From: Iphione sp. A-MEVVRFRX5
Taxonomy: Eukaryota
DNA length: 64,000 nucleotides
Direction of reading: 5' to 3'
Assembly: GCA_976226885.1 (NCBI GenBank)
Contig: OZ320318.1
Span: forward strand, 54,250,001 to 54,314,000
Shown: piece by piece, positions 13,331-24,200 of the stretch
How the letters are laid out: each line of letters opens with the position of its first letter
How positions within the stretch are numbered: the first letter of the stretch is position 1
Notes under the pieces: model-generated
Databases searched by the model: none
The model's input: only the letters and a program-made list of their open reading frames with translations
Told to the model about the DNA's origin: nothing
Translations under genes and position numbers: made by a program

Positions 13331-14380
13331 AGGCCTAAACAAAAAATATGTTTCCGGTAACCCGACCGACCCTGTTTTTTGTTCTACTGGAACAAGATTA
13401 TTTTATTATGTTTTGTTAATATCTTTGGCACGATTTTTTTTATTTATTTCGAATACAACACATAGACAATCGAATGATTACAATTCCCTCTTCATGTGTA
13501 CATGCTTCCTTTGTATGAGTGAATTATTATCCATTGTCAAATTTAAACCTGTTTGTCTCCCTTTTGAATTCAAGACCACTGTCCAGGTTTTTCCTGTACT
13601 TATTGTAAATAACTGCAATGGCATGTCTGGTCATTTTCGTCTGCAATATCATATGTTCTTTTCCTCTTAAATTAAGATCATTATCTCTCTGCTTGTAATT
13701 GCTCAGTTCATATCCTCGTAAATACCCTCGTACAGTTTTGTAACCCCTCGACAGTAAATGTAACTTTATTCGTTGATGTATATTCAATAAACCCCTTTGT
13801 TGATATAATTCACTTGTAGATGTCATCCTTTCCAGTCTTAATAACCTTTGTAATAACTTGTTGCGGAATACCATTATTTTGTTCACATTTTCTTTGCTAG
13901 ATATCCATGTAATCTGTTATTGGTTATTATTGTTGCTTTGTACAAGTATATTTTATCATTAGATAATAATGGTACCATTCTTGTTAGACACGAAGCTGTT
14001 TTTGACATTTTCTTCATCATTTCTTTTTTATGTCGTCTAGATACAATCCTAAATATTTGTACACGTGTACTCTTTGTAAGACATTACAATCAATTGTTAC
14101 TGGAGGAGATCCATCTACTGTCTTTTTGTCTTTGTAAACAACGCACAGAGTTTTCTTCACTAATGATAGAGACATGCAATACACAAATTTGCTGCTTAGA
14201 TCATTAGCTTTCATTTGTTTTAAGTTTCATTAAGATCTAAACAGTAGAACTTATTTTACCTTATATATTTGTAACTTTAAGAATTAACACAGAAAAAAAG
14301 GAAAAATAAAAAAATTAACCGAACTACCGACCCTCTATTTTTTAAGCATGTTACCAAAACAGAGCTTTTTTAAAAGCCCT
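13331..14380. mobile_element. Second MITE of the same family, interrupted by a LINE fragment
   Basis: Left end aggcctaaacaaaaaatatgtttccggtaacccgaccgaccc; right end ccgaccctctattttttt...atgttaccaaaac...aagccct; same TIR pattern as 12229-12573. Confidence 0.7.
13434..14255 (-). mobile_element. 5'-truncated L2/Crack-like LINE fragment with A-rich tail
   Basis: Minus-strand DLNE.LKT.MKANDLS...VTIDCNVLQRVHVYKYLGLYLDD (RT C-terminal I..V..YKYLG..D motif), then TSELYQQRGLLNIHQRIKLHLL; tail gaaataaataaaaaaaa at 13434-13450. Confidence 0.8.
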
Positions 14381-15206
14381 GATGAAAATATTTCTTGGCT
14401 TCGTTGCACTACCGTCCAAATTGTCCGTGAAGCAGAGAACAGAATCGAATCAGTAGAATCTTATTTCCAACGGTTCGCTCTATAATGGGCGATTTTCATT
14501 GAGTTGAAAAATACTTAAACACCAAGACAACTAAAGAGAGGTTTGCGTCATAATGATATGAGATGACATTATTCAGATACATAAGGCAACAGCTGGTGCA
14601 TGTTGCAGGGCCTCGATCTTTCTTCCACGACAACATTATTTATTCTAATAGGAATCTATATATCCCATTCTCTATAACAGGTCGAGCACCACAATACCAA
14701 ACTGCCTTTTAAGCGTCTGTTTAAGTTACCAACATTGATGTTGTTTACTTGTGGTGCAGGTGATAGTGGGAGTGGTGACAGGTTCTTCTTTTCAAACGCT
14801 TATATTAAATACCCTACATGGATAAACCTGATAGTGTGGGGATCTACAAAGAAACACTGAATAAACAGATAAAGCCTATGAATTATTCAGCAACTCAAAT
14901 GAACCGACGTTCCCAGGACGCCACAGTGCCCTGAGCCCTGCCTTCTAGCAGCGCTGCTGCGCCAATGGCTGAGCTAAACAAGGCAGAGGCTGCAGTGATC
15001 ATTGTATCGCTGAGGAAGGTCACCTAGAATTCTTCTAAGGAAGGCAGCGTTCAGGTCACTACGGGAAGATGCTGTTGTATTTGCTGTTGTAACTGGCAGG
15101 CTACAGCACATGCTGCTAAGTTTAACCCGCGTTCTATCACGATGCCACCTGTTGACAGCCATATGAGACGTTGCCCCGCCATATTGGCTGCATCCGTCAG
15201 TTCCCA

Positions 15207-15214
15207 TGACGTCA
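15207..15214. promoter_or_regulatory. Full CRE palindrome TGACGTCA
   Basis: Exact match inside a CpG-rich island with nearby CCAAT motifs. Function untested. Confidence 0.4.
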
Positions 15215-17511
15215 TATGTCCGACGCTGCTGTCGAATGGCTCAATCTAGATACAAGGAGCTACCGGGCAAAGGCTGTTTTGCGGGTGGACACCAGGGTCC
15301 GCAACACATTATGAACATTTTTGTGTCAGCATGATAAAGAGGGCCATTTAAGAACCCCACACAGCGACTAGCGGTCCCCATATACGCATAACGCATTGGC
15401 TTCTCTGTGCACCTTCTGTATGTACTGTGCAATGAACAAATAATATGAGAGTCTCATTACATTTTGCCAATCAAATGTAAAATGATGTATATTATAATTA
15501 AGTATCCGAGCGGATTCCTCATTTGTTCGATGAATGATGCCCTCACCGACTACTATGCTTTACATGCAGGTGAGATCGCATGTCATTCTGAGCATTCCTA
15601 TCTTTTTCTGGCCTAGCTATCAAAGGAGTAGTCGCTTACTTCCCACGCTATTGGGAATATGTTAACCCAGGCCCTTCTGCCTCTGTTCATGTTGAATAAT
15701 CTTCGCCGTTGATACCTGTCGCCGACGCCAGCGAACAATAACCGACTTCGGGTAATGATGGCTGGGCCGATGAATGGGTGACCGACGATTGGAGTTGCCG
15801 GCAGTTGGGGACGGAGGAGATGTATCGGTTTCTCAAATGGCTGTTCCTGCCATCTATTCTGCGGATGCACGGAAGGTTGGATTCAAGGCAGTATCCATGC
15901 AGTTGACGGCACGCGAAAAGCACATCAGAACATCCTCGCTTTCCTGTGGATCGGATTTGATGGAACTAATATTGCAATGGACTGTAATACGGGCAATGAA
16001 ACGGCAGGGTCCGCATACATTTGTTAGCGCAGATTTAGAAACTCACCCTCCTATGTTTAACGGCAAGCACTAAACATGCACACATACAAAACACCCGTAA
16101 CTTATGAAATTTATGAACGTATGTGTCAATGTGTGCGTTGAAGTATTTTCTGCAATGAGCGTCTCTATCAAAACGCACCACTCAGACAACCGATTTCAAG
16201 ATGACCATTGTAAATCGAATTCTTGGGGCAACGTTAAGCGTTTGTATCTACGTGGGGGGGCGGGGGAGTGATAGTGTGGGCTGTATTCTCAATGGAATGA
16301 TATTGTCTTAAAAGGTTCGAAATAAGTATATGATCGACTTCCCTGTGCAGGCGAGAGGAATGCTCAAACGAGTGTATAATATATTTAAAATGTGAAGGCA
16401 AAGGAACCAATCATCCTCTTTATTAACAACCATAAAATCGAAAGTAATCCATAATTTAGAAACCTTGGGAACGTATATTCATGGCGGTTCAGTCAGAAGA
16501 AAATGCTCAAGTATGAACGCTACGTTCGATGACAGATATCAGAACATAAATCAGTTAGTGTGGTAATAGTGGCACATTCTAATGCTATCGATGGGAAGTT
16601 ATAGACCAGTGAAAAACATTAATCCTCAAGGGAATACACACTTTTTGATGAAGCACGTTGGAGGACCGTCATAGAATTCTCCTCATACTGCTGTTGTTTT
16701 TCTCTCCATACATATCACACGATACCGCCGCTAAATATATAAAGCTATTCATTAGAAATGCATGAAGAAGGCACGGCCTATCGTCTGTGCGTTGAAGCAA
16801 TGCAGTCGCTCCTCTCTTTCTCGTCCTTAGCTGAGTGCTGCGATTGCCCGATGTAGTGGCCATTCACTGATGGGCTTGGACATGTGTGATCATTCGTTTG
16901 TTGTCTGGATGACTGGATGTGACATGTGCCTCTGAAGGCATCGGTTTCATCACTATACCCCGACGTTCATATCAAATATGCAGCATGTTCCCTTTTCCGG
17001 GCATATGTTTTGTTTAATGCTGAGACAGCCTTGTCTCACTAGGGAACCCGATAATCGAGCCAAGGTAACACAGTAAGGCGGTTCTTTCAACTAAACCATT
17101 TTGGTTTTACAGAACTTTCCCCCTGGAGTTAAATGTTGTTTGCAATCGATTATCTTCCAAAATGAGTGTTCAGTGTTAAAGAACCTTATTAAAAGTCATG
17201 TAATTTTGTTATTTTATACACACAGTTATCTGAAATCGTAGCCATTACATATGTACCATATTCACTTGAGTAACCGAACAATTCTCTTATCAAAAATTGC
17301 ATATTGGAGCAGGAAAAATATTAAGGTCTCAGCTTTGCGTGACAACTTGTTTGCCAGGGACAAATGGGGTACTGATGAAGCAGGTAGCATTCGTCTTAGT
17401 TCTGGTCCTTACCTTTCAGTCCTGTGTTGCTGACGTGCGATAGTCGGCACATAAGCTCTGCAAGCAGCAAGCCTCGGTTCCATCGTCTTGGCGGCCCTCA
17501 CCGTCACTATA

Positions 17512-17537
17512 CCGCCGCCGCCGCCGCCACCACCGCC
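17512..17537. repeat. (CCG/CCA)n trinucleotide repeat
   Basis: ccgccgccgccgccgccaccaccgcc. Confidence 0.9.
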
Positions 17538-17720
17538 TGCACCATCTCCACCATGCACCACAGTCTCCATTGCCTCCACACAGGTGCAGCACTTGCTGGA
17601 GCGTTGCAAATGTCTCTTCGCAGTGCTCCTCCAGCGTCAGCACCACAAGCACCGTCACCATATTGCCATACATTACCTCACCCTCACCTGAGTCTCACCT
17701 GGGCAAATGATGCACCGCTT

Positions 17721-17734
17721 GTTGCCATGACAAC
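17721..17734. promoter_or_regulatory. RFX X-box (GTTGCCATGACAAC)
   Basis: One mismatch from the palindromic consensus GTTGCCATGGCAAC, at the upstream edge of a GC-rich island. Confidence 0.6.
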
Positions 17735-18598
17735 ACGAATATTTCTCTAGGGCAGGCCATTGTGCTAGGTTGAGGATAATTGGCGTTACACATTTGGCCA
17801 TCCACTTAGATGGCTTCCATTAAACCAAACTTCGATTCCACCGCAGTTGTTGAGCCTAGAGCGGGTTGGAAACCAACCAATTCCAGCGCCAGTGGTACAG
17901 CGCAACCAGCGAGCATTCTTCCACTTGTGACAGGGTCTGCTACCTCTAGGGCATACGTACTAGAACTTTCCCTCTCATTCTGCCGCAACATTTGCGCTAA
18001 TCACTTGGCCAAACGCCTAGTCCATGCTATGTTACCGGCAGTTTTGATAAAGGTATCGATGCTAGTGCCATTGGCTTTCAGTGCGCTTGCTATACCATAT
18101 ACAATGAGTCTAAATGCATTAATAATATAAAAACATGACAGCATGGATACATGTCTGCATATCGAAATGCCTTATCTATAATGCTTTCAAAGGGATGGGC
18201 GAGAATCGTTCATTTGCGTCAAGATTTATATGATATTCATTCCAAATGATTGTGGTAAATATAGCGCTCCGCTGATCATATTTGATGACCACTTTGTTCA
18301 AAATGAATGCACTGAATATATAGTACTGTTTTTATCGGAATATCTGAATTGCATGTACAATGTATGTTTATTGTTTTACATGATAGTTTGTATTCCGCGT
18401 AGAGTTTGTCGAATATGTGGAGCACTTCCCCTCACAGATCCAATCTGATCCATGAGCTTGCTTCTTAAAATGGCGAGTAGTAATTAGATACCGATTTCAT
18501 TAAGATAATGTGGGTAGGTATTCCTGACAGGAAGCAAGTAGGAAGGGAAAAGGAAATCTAAAGACCAGTTCTATATAAAACAAATAAAAGATGTATTT

Positions 18599-18945
18599 GG
18601 GGAGTTAGCTCAGTGGTAGAGCATTGGTCCACTGATTGAGAGGTCACAGGTTCAATCTGGGCATAGGACTCTTGATCATGAGCACACAGGTTTACTGTAG
18701 CCCCAACCCAGAGTGGTTCACAACTCACAAAAAAGGCTGTGGGTGTATAGGATTCTGTCCACTATGCACAAGAAGACCCCTAAAACCTATGTGAAATAAG
18801 AGCAGGGGACAACTCCAGGTATTTTGGTCTCTCAATTCTCAATAATAGATGGAAGTATGTTACCCTAGTAGGATATGGAAGAGCCCTGTCCTGATGATAG
18901 GTGAATATATTCCTGGTTAATGGTACAATGAAACAAAATGAAAAA
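18599..18945 (+). mobile_element. tRNA-derived SINE (tRNA head, conserved-core-like middle, A-rich tail)
   Basis: GGGGAGTTAGCTCAGTGGTAGAGCA (A box) and GGTTCAATC (B box), no complete cloverleaf, about 270 nt of body ending ggttaatggtacaatgaaacaaaatgaaa. Confidence 0.8.
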
Positions 18946-20978
18946 GGTCTTAATCGCAATAAATCAACAGATCATTTTACATGGCATTGTCACATCCCAT
19001 CATGTTTGACAGATATATTATGTGACTAACACTCTGTTTTTTTCCCTACTATGATGCCAAAGGAGGGTATGGGAACTTGACAAAGACGCAGTCACAGGGA
19101 GAACCAAATGGGAACCGTGGGCGGACCCTAGATAATGCACACTGGAAACTTATCAATCTACATAGACATAAATAAATAACTGGTCTGGCTGCTACTTGCG
19201 TCCCTGCGGGCAAATGTGAACAGAAGGCTGTTGTCGCGTGGGCTCATCCATACACGTGGTAGATTGGCCGCTAGGTCGACTCACCAAGTAGTCTAGATCT
19301 CCGAGGCAGTGGCGACACGAGACGGCGTCGGTTTTGTGTCCGTCACCGTTATCGATCCGGCCGCTACCACACAAGCCGGGTACGCATTCGTGGCTTGTGG
19401 TCACTCGCCTTCTTCAATCGTCGGGCCCTCACGCCTTCCGCGAACAATTTACCGCCATCACCCTCTAGCGGCTGCCGACATGCATTTAAAGCACGCCCCG
19501 GGCCGTCCGACTCGCGACAGCCTAATGGGCTCTTTCCAGCACAGGTCTTGGCAAACTTTTTTTTATGTCACAAAGGTGACGTTTTATCACATTAGCACCG
19601 GAAATCTCATAGATTGTGCTCACACATAGAGATACCCAGCATGCTGTTTACACTTTTGTTTTTCTCGCCTTTTGTTTTATTCCTTCTTCCTCGCTTCCTG
19701 CCTGTACTGACTTCAGTCTTAGGTGAAGTACTATGGCTAGGATAATCAGCTGTGGGATGCTGCTGCAGACGGAAACCATTCAATAAACCATCCACTGCTC
19801 CTTAATGGCGTTAAACTGTGTCAGGTGTGCGTAAAATCTACCTGCATTTCCCTGGTATCCCTTGTCACCTGTGGAAGAGCCATCATTGACGATCCCGGGT
19901 TACTGCGGTACCTTTATAAAGGCCACATACTATGTACGTGTATTCCGATGAAATGTGCAATTTCAACGGAAGGTAAAAGTTGGAATGCACGCAATACTTT
20001 GTCTACAAACATCGAGAAAGGAAGTGGTACTTTTGGATAAATGCGCTCTTATAATTTAAATTTAATGGTAAGCTTTACCGTTTTTACCGAGTGATTTTAA
20101 GTGTGGTCATTTTGTGTAGTTTGTAAGATTTCTTTCTCTTTCTTTCTACTCGGAAAATTCCGCATTGTACGTCGATTCTGTTTTTGTTTTAACTTTTTAA
20201 TAACAGTATTTCACTAGAAGCTGTCAACACGGAAATTCATTATTAAGACCAATTCTATTTATCTTTTGTCGCTCAGCGTAGGTTTGAGACGCAGGCTGAG
20301 ATATATTAGAGAGAATATACCTTATCTGCAAATGGTGGATATGGTTCTGTGCTATGGGCAGATGATATTTAATGGAAATGTACAGTGTACATTTTCCATA
20401 TGTTCAGTGTGTTCTACACACTCAAGATAGAAGTAACTCACAACATTCGTAATAAGATATTTTAGTTTGATAAATTATTGTAGCCATCTGCTCTAAAAAT
20501 GTGCGTTCAAAAGGGGCTCCTTTGTCATGGTATTCCGTACAGACTGACACAGAAAAGCGGTTCCAGCCAAATTTCATCCAGGAGTGCTTGCTATTTTATG
20601 CGTAACTGCCCCAGTGGCACATGCCAAATTCTACTAGTCAGAGGTTTGAAACATTGTTAAGGTTTATAGAAATGCACAATTACATATACCTTTAACATAG
20701 ATGACAGGATGCTTTTCCATCTCACTGTGGATGGAATATTGAATAGCACAATTTAGTCACGTCTATTGAAACTCTGATCTATCCTTAATGCTGGATCAGC
20801 ATTCTGACTTACAATAACAATATGACAAACATCCTTCAGTGCACATCAGAGATACAGGATTAACCAGCATTATCCCTGATTCGCAGATAATGCAATAGTA
20901 AGGAATTGTGTTGTAAGAGGGATTGTGTTGTAGTAGGGTGCAAAACACAAAGATGATTCAAAATAAGAACACAAAGGT

Positions 20979-21242
20979 TAAGCCTAAAAATATTTGCGTT
21001 TCTGGTAACCGACCGACCACGATTCTTGTCTTAATGAAACCTTTTTAAAAAAAGTTCAAACAGATGTATCCTTACCAATAAAAATAGACCTAGGAAGACA
21101 TGCTATACTTCATTGTACCACTTAATATAGACTTTGTTAGATTCAAATCTAAGGAAAAACAAATATGAAGTCCTCAGAAGTCATTAAATTCATTTTCTTT
21201 CCTAAAGAATAGAAAAGAACACCTTCCTACCCACCCTATATT
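20979..21242. mobile_element. Third, one-ended copy of the MITE family
   Basis: taagcctaaaaatatttgcgtttctggtaaccgaccgacc matches the family left TIR; the internal ccttcctacccaccctat motif is present but the right TIR is not recognisable. Confidence 0.55.
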
Positions 21243-24200
21243 GTACGAGACCTAGGCAAACTCGTACATAGCAATAACACTTATTTGTGTTATGTTCCTT
21301 TTCCTAAACGGATTTCAGCCGAATACACCCTCATCTGCTGATTCAACAGCTTTCATAAGCTTTCTTCTTAAAACTCAGACTGCCAGCCAGTTTTTATTTA
21401 CTGCACTACCCAGTTTTATACTTTGGGGCCTACTCATATACTTAGAGGAACTTGTTCCAATAATTTGTCTTTGTGGCCCTTTACACCCAAATGTTTCTAC
21501 TTAAATTAGTAAAGCTAGAGATGTAATATCTAAAATTAGATTATTATTATTATTATCTAAATTATTAGGATGCCCTGTCGAATACATAGGTCCAACACGG
21601 TATTTATGGCTGTTTTGCTGTCACAGTGGGAGGTCGCCCAATCAGAGCACGATATTTCCTGATAAAGTCGAACAAACACATGAAAGAATCACGCTGTTAT
21701 GGTTTTTGGTTCATTCGGCCATGTGATAATTGCCCCCCAAAATATTTTGTGTCCTTCTGTCCTCCATAAATACAATGTACCACAGGTGTTTATTTTCAGA
21801 AATCTGCATTTATTACTAAACTAAATATTTTCCTGTTTGTAAAACAGTGGATTAAAATTATTTGTTTTATTAGTCAAATAAACATTTATTAAAGTGGAAA
21901 CATTAGCATAATGAGAAAGAGAGTTCACTGTAGAGTGTACAGTTATAACCATTGAAGTGCTGCCCATGTTGATGTAACAGCTGCATCATGTTATTAAGTG
22001 GCGCCAATCAAGAAGCCAACACTGATAGTCTAAGGCAGAGCAGACAATAATAGGATGTTAAAGTAGCTTAGAGATCAAATAGAAAGGTATATCATAATGG
22101 AGATCTTAGTGGTTGGCTGGAAGGGTGTTGACTGCCAGCACCTGGAAGTAACATATATCAAGAAGAGTGCTGTTGAGGGATCCAGAGTTAACTTGAAAAT
22201 TGACCAGTCATGACCCAGGTCAGGCACCCAGGTGAGAGTTCACATGTATTATGACCCAGGGTTACAAACTATGATATTAGGATCATAAACCATTGGTATA
22301 TAATAGCTCCAATTTTTCCTGTCTTTTCAGAAGGCTCTGAAGATCTACCTATATGTGTCTACTTTGCTGGCCTCAAGACCAACTATCTTGGAAACCTCTG
22401 TTGTATTGAGTTGTGTTACATGCTCTTCCCAAGTTGTATTAACTCAGAAGCCATTTTAATGGACGCAAGAGCAGACCTGATGAAAGATATCTCAGTGAGT
22501 GCACATTCCACAATGTAAAGGACGCAGCTATCAGTCTACTACTATCCATATACATATATTATTCATGTATTCATTTTACCTATTAAATCCTCATATGAGT
22601 AATATTTTTAAATTCTTCTCCGTGAAAAATACTTGCTAAGGACGACAAATGGCATTGATAAAAATAATTTTCAATCGATCAATCAATCAACCCATATACT
22701 GACATCAGTCAGTACGGCTAACCGTATCCTTTCAAATCTACTGGTCGGCAGTGGGAGCATCACCTCCCCGATGTTCCCACATTACAAGTAAATTCATTTC
22801 CCTTGGGAACCTGTTTAACTCTGACTTTGATCAATGGTATTTATTCTGTCTCATCATTCTTCTAGTATATTCTCAGAGGTGGTTTTGATGATTCTATAAT
22901 AAGAAAGGACCGTCATGCAGTGGAGGTCTAGTGTGGTGTATGAGGAAACTTGTACTACAAAACACGCTAGAAAGAGTGGTGCACAAGACTGGAAATTATA
23001 ATTGGAAATAATAACATAATTCATCAAGAATGCTTCGTATTTATGTTTATATTGAGAAACTAAATCTATGTTAAGTTGTAGTCTTTTTCATGAGATAGCA
23101 CTAAACGTATTTCCTATACAATGTTGTTCTGAACAGCTATCAGAGATTGATACTATGAGCTCTGTACGCGATGAGCATGGAATAATGCTTGTTGTTCCCT
23201 GTTCATGCAGCACACGCACAACAATACCTCTCTGAAACTGTATAGTGCTCGAGTCTGTACTGCATGGTATGTAGCATACATTGAGTAGACAGGTACCCGG
23301 GTCCTAACGGCTATAGTAATGAATAAATCTGCGATCATATTCCACCACTACAGGGTATATTGTCTTCATTTAATGTATATTAACTATAATTTGATATCAG
23401 TTTATTGAGGAATAATGTTTTTCCTGTTCAAAAATCAACACAGGTCTTCCATTTTGTTTGTGTACGTTTCAAACTGAAAAGCATGTTATCTCTCTCATAC
23501 AATCGGATTGAAGGATGAAGCAAACCAATAGAAATATAATCTAAGATAATTCAAATTAAAGTTAAAAATGCATGGAGTAAAGACAGTGGTAGTCCAAGCA
23601 CACTCTTCTTCAACCATAGACTGCCACTGCAGGGCAGTATTTTCTACGGGCCTCTTTCCCATTAGCGTATTTTGCTACAATGCTACATTGCATAGACCAT
23701 TAACCTAATATGCTACATCGCTACACTGGATAGAACATATTGCCCTTTGAGTGACTGGAGATGTGATACACTTATGTAATACAAATGCCGGAAGGCCTGT
23801 GATTATTTTAAATATAAATTCTATGCTACACACACGTGCTTGCATGAAAAGGACCCCTAAATGTTCACATTCTATATAGCTTAGTCCCATTTATGGTGGG
23901 ACAGGCTCCACTTGAAATTCTAGTACTGCCTTTTGTATATTGCTTACCACCTGTTTTTCACAAGAAATCCTTTTAATCAACGTTTGTATATTCAAGCCAT
24001 TTCTCCTCTGCAATAATAAAGCTCTTATGGGCCTGTCTGAAATGAACCAACAAGGTGTGTTTTGCCGTTTGCAGTAGGCAGGGTTACCTGTTTTCGTAGC
24101 AGCTATTCAGGGTGCTCTTGACAAACATCCCGCATGTGCAAGATCTAAGAGAGGGGTTATACAGTATGGCATTTTCCCCAAATCTACAACAGAAATGATT

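Noticed and set aside
18599-18672. Functional tRNA gene
   Set aside because: A and B boxes are present, but the acceptor and anticodon stems do not pair and the sequence continues into a SINE body.
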